From an uncultured delta proteobacterium (GTDB lineage: Bacteria; Desulfobacterota; BSN033; UBA1163): a stretch of 64,000 bases of DNA. Position numbers and translations under genes: made by a program. The notes under the pieces were generated by a model, which saw only the letters and a program-made list of their open reading frames with translations, made no database searches and was not told the origin of the DNA. The DNA lies in the NCBI GenBank assembly GCA_963826305.1, contig CAWGWZ010000001.1, positions 19,577 to 83,576 on the forward strand, written 5' to 3'. Of the stretch, positions 19,418-28,991 are shown in pieces (the stretch's first letter is position 1; each line of letters opens with the position of its first letter).

Positions 19418-20044
19418 CTAACTCCCTTTGGATAGCTCAATGGCCTTCTCAAAAGATCTGTCCATATCTGGGAGATGGGTTATCTCAGGAACCACCTGGA
19501 TATAGCGCACAATACCCTGTTTGTCTACGATGACCACAGAGCGTCCCAAAAGCATCAACCCTTCTGTCAAGAGTCCTGTAGCGCGTCCAAAATCCCCTTG
19601 CTTGTAATCAGATAAGTATTGTAGGTTTGTCAGTTTTGCCTCCTTGGCAAAGCGTTTTTGGGCAAATGGCGTATCGCGGCTGATGACAACGCGTTTGACA
19701 CTCTGGGGCAGGATATTGCCCTTATCCACGAGGTAATGTGTCTGTTCTTCGCAGACTGGGGTGTCGAGAGATGGCACAATACTGAGAAAGAGAATGGACC
19801 CCCTCTCCTTCGACAAATCCACCCCTTCCATGGTCATCGCATTCACAAGCTCAACGGATGGCAAAGGTTTTCCGACGGATAAGGGAGAACCAATGAGCTT
19901 AATAGGATTTCCTCTAAAACTTACCTGTGTTCCAGGCTGCACCGTTGCTTGATCGAATGGAATTTTTGGCTGAACCGTGGCACAGCCAAGGATCAGAAAC
20001 ATCAAGGAAGATAGAAGAATCATATGCTCCTTTCTTAAATTCAT
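19418..20044 (-). CDS. tpx: Thiol peroxidase (Tpx-like), lipoprotein
   Basis: Lipobox ILGC; VPSLDTPVC, ISRDTPFAQKRF. Confidence 0.85.
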   Translation of the reverse strand: MNLRKEHMILLSSLMFLILGCATVQPKIPFDQATVQPGTQVSFRGNPIKLIGSPLSVGKPLPSVELVNAMTMEGVDLSKERGSILFLSIVPSLDTPVCEEQTHYLVDKGNILPQSVKRVVISRDTPFAQKRFAKEAKLTNLQYLSDYKQGDFGRATGLLTEGLMLLGRSVVIVDKQGIVRYIQVVPEITHLPDMDRSFEKAIELSKGS

Positions 20045-20157
20045 ATAAACCCCTCCTTTAACGGCACAATCAAATAGAACAAATAGAACCTCCGATCTTT
20101 ATATAATCATCCTACCCATGGAATTCAATAAGTCTAAGGGTGAAGCATGTGCCCACC

Positions 20158-21402
20158 TCACACCTCAAAAATTTCTTCCTCAAGGGGAGTAAGGATCTCA
20201 CAGCCGTTCTCGGTAACAACCACCGTGTTCTCAAATCCTGCTGAACCCTCTCCGGGGAAGACGATCTTGGGCTCCACAGCGAAAGTCATCCCCTTCTCCA
20301 AAGGATAGGGTTGACCTTGAGCCAGGAAGGGAACTTCGTTGAGCTCCAAGCCGATGCCGTGGCCGATGAAATGGGTCTGGAGTCCTGGTGGCCCCAGGTA
20401 ACTCTCCCTGTAACCCAGTCTCTCTGCCAGGCGAAGGGTCTTGAAGAAAATGGCCTCGCAGTCTGCACCCGGCCGAACCTCATCGAGCACGGCATCATGA
20501 ATCTCCCTACAGACGCTGTAAGCGTCAACAAATTTCTGTCCCATCTTCCCCATGGAAAACATCCGGGTCTGGTCCACCTGGTAGCCATGGTAACACGTTC
20601 CAAAGTCGACCAGGATCGGCTCATGGGCTCTCATGACCCGGAGGCTTGCTCCAACGGGAAAGGCTGGCGAGAGCCCCAGTCCTCCCATCGGGGAATCCGA
20701 CTGGCTCACGATGCCCCCACTCGGACCGCTCAGCACATGCCAGGTGTAAGCCTCGTAGTTAAGTGACCTAACCCTGAGAAGCCCCTCGTGGCCGAACCTT
20801 TTTGCAGCAGCTTCCAGGAGACCACCAAACTGGATCTCGGTCATCCCCTCTTCGAGGATCTTTCTGCCCTCCTGATAAACCTTCCTTCCGATCTCGCCAG
20901 CCGCCCTCATGAGATCGATCTCGAAAGGGGATTTTATTTTGCGTGTATTTCGGAGGACCGGGGAAGCGTCTACAAACTTCGCACCTTGAAAGAGATCCTG
21001 GTACCTGAAGTAATCTCTCACAGGGAGGACGTCGAGCTCCAGGCCTAAACGATTCGGGAGCTTGCCAAAATGAGTCTGAATCAACGAAGGCAACTCACGG
21101 ATCGATTTCAGTGTGACAACTTCATTAAGGGGCGACTCCACTTTGGCCCGCTCTAATTCCCTCCTGATCATGAGCAGCGGCTTTCCTTCTGAAGGTAGAA
21201 AAAGAAGACCATCCTGGGTGGTCCCGGAAAGATAGTAAAAGTCCATCTTCTGAATCACGAGCAACGCCTCTATCTCTTCCTTTTCCATACCCTTTCTCAC
21301 CCGTTTCAGCCGGTCCTCTATCTCCTCCTGCGGCGTATACCGGAAACCCAGGGATTTGCTCAATTCCCGCAATTCATTTCTCACCCAGTCATTGTGATTC
21401 AT
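20158..21402 (-). CDS. Xaa-Pro aminopeptidase family (M24)
   Basis: IKSPFEI, VDFG...DQTR, GHGIGLE, AVEPK, GFEN. Confidence 0.92.
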   Translation of the reverse strand: MNHNDWVRNELRELSKSLGFRYTPQEEIEDRLKRVRKGMEKEEIEALLVIQKMDFYYLSGTTQDGLLFLPSEGKPLLMIRRELERAKVESPLNEVVTLKSIRELPSLIQTHFGKLPNRLGLELDVLPVRDYFRYQDLFQGAKFVDASPVLRNTRKIKSPFEIDLMRAAGEIGRKVYQEGRKILEEGMTEIQFGGLLEAAAKRFGHEGLLRVRSLNYEAYTWHVLSGPSGGIVSQSDSPMGGLGLSPAFPVGASLRVMRAHEPILVDFGTCYHGYQVDQTRMFSMGKMGQKFVDAYSVCREIHDAVLDEVRPGADCEAIFFKTLRLAERLGYRESYLGPPGLQTHFIGHGIGLELNEVPFLAQGQPYPLEKGMTFAVEPKIVFPGEGSAGFENTVVVTENGCEILTPLEEEIFEV

Positions 21403-21519
21403 CCTCGCTCCCTTCTTATCACTCTGTATCGAGAAGTATTATAACCAATATCTTTTCATGAGGAAATCGAACCTAAAAGTCTTGAAGTCCTTGGCTGGAA
21501 AAAGTTACAATTTTTTTTC

Positions 21520-22449
21520 ATGAAACGATACGTCTCGATTGATCTGTTGAAGAATCTCCTCCGGAATAGGAATTTTGTATTGATTTCGTCCCTGGTAATC
21601 GGTCTCATCTGGGGAAAGGGGGCTCGATGGACGGAACCAATGACCCTGCCTGTTCTGGCTATTGTTATGACCCTCTCGACGATGAGTGTTCCTGGGAGTA
21701 TTTTCCGTCCTTTTAGGAATCTTCTCCTTCCGGCAATGGTTGGGATAATCATGAACTATTTTGTCCTTGGACCTGCCCTGCTCGGCCTTAATGCTATTTT
21801 GATATCCGATGAAGCTCTCCGATTGGGTTTTGTCCTCATTGCTGCAGTGCCTCCTGCTGTAGCCGTCATCCCTTTCACATTCTTTTTGAAAGGTGATGAA
21901 ACCCTCTCTCTCATAGGAACGACTGGGGCGTATCTGGGGGCTTTGATCATCATGCCGTGCAGCGCCCTCATCTTTCTTGGTCCGGGGCTGGTTGATCCTA
22001 TGAGATTGCTCGTCATCCTGATTGAACTCATCCTTTTCCCTCTGGTCGCTTCTCGCATCCTTGTCAGAATCGGGATCGCCTCTCGTCTCGATTCGATCAA
22101 AGGAGCCATTACGAATTGGAGTTTTTTTCTCCTGACCTACACGATTGTAGGACTGAATCGCGACCTGATCCTGGGTCAACCCCTCTCTCTTCTTCCAGTC
22201 ATTCTTATTGCTCTGGCAAGCACATTCTTGTTAGGATGGGCGATTGAAAAAATAGGAGTCGTTCTTCATCTTCCCCCAAAGGTATTGACCAGTCTTGTCC
22301 TCCTTGGTACCCTTAAGAACTACGGTCTGGCAGGCGGCCTGGCATTGGCCCTCTTCGGCAAGAAGACCTCAGTACCGGCAACCGTGTCAGCCGTTTTCAT
22401 GATCGTTTACATCATCTGGCTCGAGTTGAAGCTAAGGACAACTCGTTAA
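21520..22449 (+). CDS. Bile acid:sodium symporter-like membrane protein
   Basis: About 9-10 TM segments; AAVPPA and KNYGLA motifs. Confidence 0.75.
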   Translation: MKRYVSIDLLKNLLRNRNFVLISSLVIGLIWGKGARWTEPMTLPVLAIVMTLSTMSVPGSIFRPFRNLLLPAMVGIIMNYFVLGPALLGLNAILISDEALRLGFVLIAAVPPAVAVIPFTFFLKGDETLSLIGTTGAYLGALIIMPCSALIFLGPGLVDPMRLLVILIELILFPLVASRILVRIGIASRLDSIKGAITNWSFFLLTYTIVGLNRDLILGQPLSLLPVILIALASTFLLGWAIEKIGVVLHLPPKVLTSLVLLGTLKNYGLAGGLALALFGKKTSVPATVSAVFMIVYIIWLELKLRTTR

Positions 22450-22547
22450 ACAAAAATGAAAGATTCAGAAGAGCGGATTTAAGAAGCTGGCTCAATGGAT
22501 GTCTGAATCCAAATATCTTGTCTTCTTTGCTGGTGCGGACATCAGTT

Positions 22548-22680
22548 CTGTTAAGCATGGCAAAAAAAACAAAAAAGTGAGAGAGATCGTCGATCTTGGC
22601 AGAGTGATGGCTGCCCTAATAGAATACAAAAAATCAGAAGCTTCCATTGGAAGGGTTGCTCGAATAGGTGAAGTCTCAGT
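22548..22680 (+). pseudogene. Degenerate, internally deleted copy of the UPF0175 antitoxin gene
   Basis: ctgttaagcatggcaaaaaaaac matches the start of 23728, then jumps to KKVREIVDLGRVM...KKSEASI. Confidence 0.8.
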
Positions 22681-23190
22681 GAGGGCATGGGTGTTGGGAG
22701 ATTAGGGATATTCGCGAACATCGGCATTTGATGATGTGCCTCCAGGCACAATTTTCAATTGAAGCAAAAGGATCTAAGGCGAGAGAATAGAAGAATCGGA
22801 GTTGGGGTGAGGAACGCAGAAGAGAAAAATGGCAAATGCGAAGAAGACATTTTGCCAGTTGGCTGTAAGTCTGACGAAGCGGCAGATTTGAAGAAGCATC
22901 TTACAATGCTTTAGAACCTACGCTCCACCCCCTGCTGAACGAACAGTTAAAGGAGAATTTAAACAAGAAAGGAAAGAGAAAATACTTTATTACGATTGCT
23001 TGACCCTCATTGTCCTATGATGGAAATGTCTCAAAGCTCAGATGTCAACGTTGCCAAACGGATCAATTGGAGAGTATCCGAAACAGCTCCTTGAGCGTTT
23101 TGGATCGAAACTGCCCAAACTAAGATGAGAGCAGAGGCCTCTCACCCCTTGGTGTATTTTTGATAGTTGCCCAGGCCCGTCTTTATTTGT

Positions 23191-23219
23191 TTGACAATGT
23201 CATACAATTGTCATATAAA
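23191..23219 (+). promoter_or_regulatory. Sigma70 promoter with TGTCATA direct repeats (probable TA autorepression operator)
   Basis: TTGACA-17 nt-TATAAA; ATG 7 nt after the -10 box with no RBS. Confidence 0.7.
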
Positions 23220-23225
23220 AATAAC

Positions 23226-23762
23226 ATGATCTTGTGTGATGCATCCACTTTAATCCTGCTGGCAAAGATAGAGATGCTCGATACTTTTCTTGCAGATGTT
23301 GGCAGAAAAGTGGCGATCCCTGAAAAGGTCAAAGAAGAGGTACTCACGGGTTCGAGCCCGAATGGTCCCATGGTAGCAAAACTGGTTCAAGACAGGCGAA
23401 TTGAGGTTTTGAAGATAAAAGACAGGAAACTCGTAAGAAGGCTCATGGAGGACTTCAATATTGATGAAGGGGAAGCGGAGATGTTAACGCTTGCCATTCA
23501 AGAAAAAGCATTGCTTGTCGCCACGGATGATAAGAACGCAATCAAAGCGTGCAAGATCATGAAATTGGACTTCACAACAGCCATTGCCATTTTGGTACGG
23601 GCCTGTGAGAAGGGTCTGATCCAGGCAGATGAAGCCTTTTTCAAGTTACAGAAACTCCAATCCTTTGCGAGATATAACAAGACAATTATCGAGACTGCAA
23701 GAAATCAGATAGAAGGAGCTGTTAAGTATGGCAAAAAAAACGATAAGCATACGAATGGATGA
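23226..23762 (+). CDS. PIN-domain toxin (DUF3368-like)
   Basis: ILCDASTLI, DEGEAE, VATDD acidic PIN residues. Confidence 0.85.
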   Translation: MILCDASTLILLAKIEMLDTFLADVGRKVAIPEKVKEEVLTGSSPNGPMVAKLVQDRRIEVLKIKDRKLVRRLMEDFNIDEGEAEMLTLAIQEKALLVATDDKNAIKACKIMKLDFTTAIAILVRACEKGLIQADEAFFKLQKLQSFARYNKTIIETARNQIEGAVKYGKKNDKHTNG

Positions 23763-24027
23763 TGAGGATTACCGCTTCCTATCAGTTTTGGCCAAAGAAG
23801 AACGGGAAAATATTTCTAAAAAGGTGAGAGAGCTCGTCGATCTTGGCAGGGTGATGCTTGCCATAGAAAAATATAAGAAATCAGAAGCTTCTATCGAAAG
23901 GGCCGCTCGAATAGCTGGAGTCTCCGTCTCAAAGATGATGGATATACTTCATGAGCACAATGTTGAAATGAATCTTCAGCACGAGGATTATCTAAGAGGA
24001 TTGGACTCTCTCCGGAAGACTTGGTGA
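23728..24027 (+). CDS. UPF0175-family antitoxin with RHH-like N-terminus
   Basis: KTISIRMDDE; SIERAARIAGVS; overlaps the PIN gene. Confidence 0.85.
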   Translation: MAKKTISIRMDDEDYRFLSVLAKEERENISKKVRELVDLGRVMLAIEKYKKSEASIERAARIAGVSVSKMMDILHEHNVEMNLQHEDYLRGLDSLRKTW

Positions 24028-24028
24028 A

Positions 24029-24138
24029 CGCCGTTAGAAAGGAGTCGGATTGACTGTAGAACCGATACCCCACCACGGGAGGAACTCAAGTTTCATTTAT
24101 ATCATCCACACAATGAATAGCGGGGCTTTCTAATGGGG
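24029..24138. mobile_element. Divergent CCGTTAGAAA-family MITE
   Basis: cgccgttagaaag ... ctttctaatgggg flanked by TGAA on both sides. Confidence 0.6.
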
Positions 24139-24329
24139 TGAAGAACGAGAGGGAGCCGATCAGAGATCTTGCAATCCACACCTTTGATCCGCATTTTAAA
24201 GAGCAGGGATTTAATATATTGTAAATGGGGACACATCCCTTTTTTAATAGGAAGCTCAATACGTGAAATACTGAACCTTTAGGCAGACCCATAATCCGTC
24301 ATCACTAATCAAAAACCCTGCAATTTCCT

Positions 24330-24620
24330 TGTCATGCTGAAACCTGTGCTGAACTCGTTTCAGCCTTTTTTCAGCATCTCTTATTAACACGAACGCATTA
24401 AATCATTTAACGTAGTGTAGCCCTTTATCCCGGCAGAGAAGTGATTATAGGCTCGGGATGTCGCCCATCAGCGTTAGCGCATAATCATTGACCCTTGGTC
24501 ATGGCTCCATGGGCGCAGAAAGATTGGGCACAAGGCCCTTCACTACAAATTATTTATTGCGTTCGCATTAGTCATAAACCTTAGACCCTGAACTTGATTC
24601 AGGCCAGGGCTCAGGGCAAC
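24330..24620. repeat. Nested REP/MITE stack
   Basis: Outer TGTCATGCTGAA..TTCAGCATCT and AGACCCTGAA..TCAGGG palindromes; inner IR taacacgaacgcattaaat/atttattgcgttcgcatta (24385-24570); innermost GTAGTG/CACTAC. Confidence 0.7.
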
Positions 24621-24752
24621 AATTATGGATTATGATAAACCCGGTATCATTTCTTTATCTGTGATATAATTCAAAGCAAAGATCGAATCTGCGGGGAAAG
24701 GGCCTTTGGAGTTTTGCGGAGGGCAATCCAACAAAGGGTGAGGAGGTGCAAC

Positions 24753-25748
24753 ATGAGACGAACATGCATGGTGGTTATTCTTGCTGTTCTTACTGCTTTG
24801 GCCGGCCCTGTATACGCCGATCAAAGCGCAGAAAAGATACTCGAAGCCATTGTTAAAATCCGGGCGATTATCCCGGCCGATGCACACACGGCCCGGACAC
24901 TCGGGACAGAGCGCGAAGGGAATGGGGTGGTCATTGATTCAAAGGGTCATATTCTTACGATCGGCTACCTCATCGTTGAAGCCGAGGACATCCAGGTATT
25001 TCCGGCGGAAGGCAAAGCCGTCAAGGCCACCTTCGTGGGTTATGACTACAAAACAGGCTTTGGTCTTTTGCGAACAGAAGAACCTCTCGGTGTACCGCCC
25101 ATGAAGCTGGGTCAATCCTCAGAAGTCAAAGAAGGGGATCCGGTTCTGGTCGCTGGCTATGGAGGCGGAGACTCGGCGCAAGCCGCACGGGTCATTAGCC
25201 GCAAGGAATTTGCAGGCTACTGGGAGTATCTTCTCGAGGATGCCATCTTCACTACGCCTCCCTATGCCAATTATGGCGGAGCCGCGCTGGTAGGCCGTGA
25301 AGGTCAACTCCTGGGTATCGGATCCCTCTTCACTCAGATCGTGATCCAGGGTTTCGGCTCAATTCCATGCAACCTATTTGTCCCAATCGATCATCTCAAG
25401 CCAATCCTGTCTGACCTGATCGCCAAAGGCCGTTCCCGTGAGGCGCCACGACCTTGGCTGGGCGTCAACGTGGAAGAGGCACACGAACGGGTTTTCGTCA
25501 TTCAGGTGACACCGAAAGGGCCCGCTGAAGAAGCGGGTTTGAAACCGGGAGACATTATTCTCACAGTAGACGGAAAGGCAGTGAATGGCCTCGCTGATTT
25601 TTACCGTAAGGTTTGGGCCCTTGGCAATGCTGGGGTCGATGTCCCTCTCAGTGTCCTTCAGGGAATCCGGATCCGTGACATAAAGGTGCGCTCCATTGAC
25701 CGCTACCAGTTTCTCCGACTCAAGCCCCAAAAAGCTATTTCTCTCTAA
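24753..25748 (+). CDS. S1C (HtrA-like) trypsin-fold + PDZ protein, probably catalytically inactive
   Basis: Signal peptide; GNGVVIDSKGHILT; RPWLGV...GPAEEAGLKPGDII PDZ; triad positions substituted. Confidence 0.85.
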   Translation: MRRTCMVVILAVLTALAGPVYADQSAEKILEAIVKIRAIIPADAHTARTLGTEREGNGVVIDSKGHILTIGYLIVEAEDIQVFPAEGKAVKATFVGYDYKTGFGLLRTEEPLGVPPMKLGQSSEVKEGDPVLVAGYGGGDSAQAARVISRKEFAGYWEYLLEDAIFTTPPYANYGGAALVGREGQLLGIGSLFTQIVIQGFGSIPCNLFVPIDHLKPILSDLIAKGRSREAPRPWLGVNVEEAHERVFVIQVTPKGPAEEAGLKPGDIILTVDGKAVNGLADFYRKVWALGNAGVDVPLSVLQGIRIRDIKVRSIDRYQFLRLKPQKAISL

Positions 25749-25786
25749 AAGTAGGACGATGAAGGACGGTAAGGAAATTCTATTGG

Positions 25787-26407
25787 TCAGATTCGCTTTT
25801 TAACATGGTTGGTTTTTAGGAATTGTTCGAGAACCTCGTAGGGCTGAGCGCCCACGACCGCCTGTTGATCGATCACAAAGGTTGGGACTGCTGTGATGCC
25901 CATTGCATGGGCACGGGACCAATCGGAATCAACGGCTTCCCTGAAGGCTCTCGATTCCAAGACTCGTCTTGCCTCTTTGTCAGGGAGCCCCACCGATTTC
26001 GCCAGAAGAACCATCTCCTCGGCTTTACCGATGTTTTTACCATCAACGAAATAGGCTCGAAAAACGGCTTCGTGAAACTGATCTCCCTTGCCTTTCGATT
26101 CTGCCCACTTGGCTAACTCCTGAGCCAGGCGGCTGTTATATGTCTTTTTTCGCTCGCCCAGAGGCAGGCCTAATTCATGCGCCACCTGCTTTAAACGCGA
26201 CATCACTTTTCCGATGTCGACGGAACGACCTGCAAAAAGTTCCTCCAATGTCAGTCCATCTTCCGGTGTTTCGGGATGGAGAGGAAAAGCCGTCCACCGA
26301 ATTTCAATCTCATAATTCTTGCGCAACCCATCAATACGCACGGTACTGAAATAGCACCAGGGTCAAACATAATCGGAGAATATTTCCAAAATCGCAGGTT
26401 CGGTCAT
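25787..26407 (-). CDS. DsbA/FrnE-family thioredoxin-fold protein with UxxC selenocysteine motif
   Basis: ATG at 26407 gives MTEPAILEIFSDYV-TGA(26363-26365)-PWCYF, i.e. SDxxCPWC with U; C-terminal GITAVPTF; hairpin at 26331-26349. Confidence 0.92.
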
Positions 26408-26463
26408 GGCTTTCTCCCTTCAAACTTATTTCAGTCACTCTATGTCATTTAATCCGGGGTTGG

Positions 26464-27069
26464 CTACTTTTTCATCAACACCCATAATCCGCCGTCGGAG
26501 ATGACTTCAACTTTTCCTTTCACATTGCTCTTCTGGATGTCTCTCCGTAACTGTTCTCCATTGACCTCCATCTTACCGATCTTGAGGTTGAGATCTCGTG
26601 ATTTTTTTCCGATATCTTTAATCACGGTATCAGCGGTGAATTTCCCGAATCCTCCGCCGATGAAGGCAATGCCGTCCGTCCTCAGAACCCGATAGATTCC
26701 TGGAAAGTTGACTTCAAACAAGGAAGGGAAGAAAAAAGCTCCCCGAAAGATGGCGAGATCGATGCTATCTTCTTTCACCCCCGTCAAGGAAGGATCCGTC
26801 TCAATGATCTTGATTCTCTCCCCAAGCCTTCGATCTTTTGCTTCTTCACAAAAGAAATTCCCCATTCCTGGCGGGAAGGTCGCGATTAAAAAAGAACTGC
26901 CGATATTCTTTTGCTGCAAGGTAAATATGACTCCACAAAAAGGTCCAATTTCGAGAATGTCTCCGTCTTGACGGCCGTAGAGTTCCTGAATCTGTTGTGA
27001 TAGATAGGGGTAAACGGGGTTCCAGAGGCGATCAATTTCTTGAATAAGATTCAAATCTATGGGGATCAT
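26464..27069 (-). CDS. Class I SAM-dependent methyltransferase-like protein
   Basis: ILEIGPFCG; SIDLAIFRGAFFF; YRVLRTDG. Confidence 0.7.
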   Translation of the reverse strand: MIPIDLNLIQEIDRLWNPVYPYLSQQIQELYGRQDGDILEIGPFCGVIFTLQQKNIGSSFLIATFPPGMGNFFCEEAKDRRLGERIKIIETDPSLTGVKEDSIDLAIFRGAFFFPSLFEVNFPGIYRVLRTDGIAFIGGGFGKFTADTVIKDIGKKSRDLNLKIGKMEVNGEQLRRDIQKSNVKGKVEVISDGGLWVLMKK

Positions 27070-27274
27070 ATCATCACAGCGATAAAGCAAATGGCTCTCT
27101 GTGCAATATAAATGATTTTAAGAAATTGTCAATTTTTGAAAGAACCAAGCCACCATGATTCCTCGATTTCACAAATGTTATTAAGAAATTTGATGACATC
27201 GGTTTGAGTGGAGCCTGCTCTTCATCAAAATGAATCAGTGGCCAAGAAGAGTTCCCTGAATTATAATAACTTTT

Positions 27275-28384
27275 ATGCCTTACCAATTTATACTTTTTAT
27301 TACGAGTATTCAATCTATACTCTTTTTAGCACACTGGCTTTTGTACAAAACGCTGGTGCGTTTTTTAGTGCATTCAAATCCGACCGTTCTATTGACCCTG
27401 AAAATTGCCTTGAGTTTATTATCCGTAAGTCTTGTTTCGGTCTCTTTCCTCGCCTTCCGTTATTCGAACATCTTGGTGCGGCTCCTCTACACGGTTGCTG
27501 CATCCTGGTTGGGAATTTTGTACTTTCTCGTTTTAGTATCATCCCTTTCCTGGCTTGTATACGTATTCGCTAAACTCCTTCACCTTTCCTTGGACCAGAG
27601 AATACTGACAGAAATATTGTTCGGTGCGGCCATACTGGCAAGCCTCTATGGAGTCATCAACTCAGGGATGATCCGCATTACCCGCATTAACCTGGAACTT
27701 CCTCATTTACCTCCTCAATGGCGAGGAAAGACGGCTGTCTGGGTGAGCGATACGCATTTAGGCCAGGTGAGGAATTACAATTTTGCCAAGCATATTGCCG
27801 CAATGGTCCAAGATTTACATCCGGATATCCTTTTCATCGGTGGGGACCTATATGATGGCGTGGCTGGTGATCTGGATAAAATGATAGAACCCTTTTCCCG
27901 GATCTCCGCTCCGCAGGGTGCCTATTTTATTACCGGGAACCATGAGGAATTTTCTGATAATACCAGGTACCTCCAGGCAGTCAGACACGCGGGGATACGG
28001 GTATTAAATAACGAAATGATCAACCTAAATGGTCTGCAGATCATAGGGGTCGATTACAGGGATTCGAGAAATGAACACCAATTTAGAATGATCCTGAGGC
28101 AAATGGGCATAGACCGAGATCAGCCCAGTATCTTGTTGAAACACGCCCCTCAAAATTTGCAGGTCGCGAAGGAGGAGGGAATTTCGTTACAGCTTTCAGG
28201 ACACACTCACCAGGGTCAGGTTTTCCTTTTTAAATGGATCACGTCTCGTGTTTATCACGGCTACGATTATGGATTAAAATGGTTTGGTGGCTTATTGGTC
28301 TATACCTCCAGCGGGGCGGGCACGTGGGGTCCTCCGATGCGAGTGGATACCAACCCGGAGATTGTGGTCATAAGGCTTCAATAA
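27275..28384 (+). CDS. Membrane-anchored metallophosphoesterase (YkuE-like)
   Basis: N-terminal TMs; SDTHLG, GDLYD, GNHE, LKH, SGHTHQGQ. Confidence 0.92.
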   Translation: MPYQFILFITSIQSILFLAHWLLYKTLVRFLVHSNPTVLLTLKIALSLLSVSLVSVSFLAFRYSNILVRLLYTVAASWLGILYFLVLVSSLSWLVYVFAKLLHLSLDQRILTEILFGAAILASLYGVINSGMIRITRINLELPHLPPQWRGKTAVWVSDTHLGQVRNYNFAKHIAAMVQDLHPDILFIGGDLYDGVAGDLDKMIEPFSRISAPQGAYFITGNHEEFSDNTRYLQAVRHAGIRVLNNEMINLNGLQIIGVDYRDSRNEHQFRMILRQMGIDRDQPSILLKHAPQNLQVAKEEGISLQLSGHTHQGQVFLFKWITSRVYHGYDYGLKWFGGLLVYTSSGAGTWGPPMRVDTNPEIVVIRLQ

Positions 28385-28507
28385 AAAAGGTGGAAAACGT
28401 CATACTTCTTAACTCTCCTCGGTTTGAAAGTGACCTGGATTTGTTTTATATACTGCCCAAGTGGGGTTTTCAAGATAAACAGTCCTTTTACTATCTCTGA
28501 AAAGATG

Positions 28508-28573
28508 TTCTGACGCGGCGACAGATTGGTCGCCGTTTTGATATCGGGAAGAATTGTTTCCCGACAGTCAGGA
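28508..28573 (+). ncRNA. Candidate three-way-junction leader RNA
   Basis: P1 TTCTGAC/GTCAGGA encloses P2 GCGGCGAC/GTCGCCGT and P3 TCGGGAA/TTCCCGA. Confidence 0.4.
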
Positions 28574-28607
28574 GAGGAGAATTTAATTTATGAAAGGAGG
28601 TGAAGAG

Positions 28608-28922
28608 ATGCGTTTAATCAAATTCGTTTTAACTCTACTTATTGCAGTAGCATTTGCAGGCAGCGCCTTTGCTGTTTCCTCAGGGAAAACGGTTGAATAT
28701 GCGGATGGATCTGCTGGCAAGGTCATATTTGACGGCAAAATACATGCAGAAAAGGGTTTGAAATGCACCGACTGCCATTCAAAGATCTTTCCGATGAAAA
28801 AGGGGGCAACGATCACAATGGCAGATATGAACGCCGGCAAGTACTGCGGCACGTGCCATGACGGCGGGAAGGCTTTCAAATCAAGCGATCCAGCGAATTG
28901 TGGAAGATGCCATAAGAAATAG
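28608..28922 (+). CDS. Periplasmic triheme cytochrome c (c7-like)
   Basis: Signal peptide; CTDCH, CGTCH, CGRCH; GGAGGTG RBS. Confidence 0.92.
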   Translation: MRLIKFVLTLLIAVAFAGSAFAVSSGKTVEYADGSAGKVIFDGKIHAEKGLKCTDCHSKIFPMKKGATITMADMNAGKYCGTCHDGGKAFKSSDPANCGRCHKK

Positions 28923-28937
28923 GATGGCTGAAACGCC

Positions 28938-28968
28938 AAAAGCCCCCGAAAATTTCGGGGGCTTTTTT
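28938..28968 (+). terminator. Rho-independent terminator
   Basis: AGCCCCCGAA-AAT-TTCGGGGGCT followed by a T-run. Confidence 0.85.
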
Positions 28969-28991
28969 ATTAATGAGAAGGATATTAGCCC

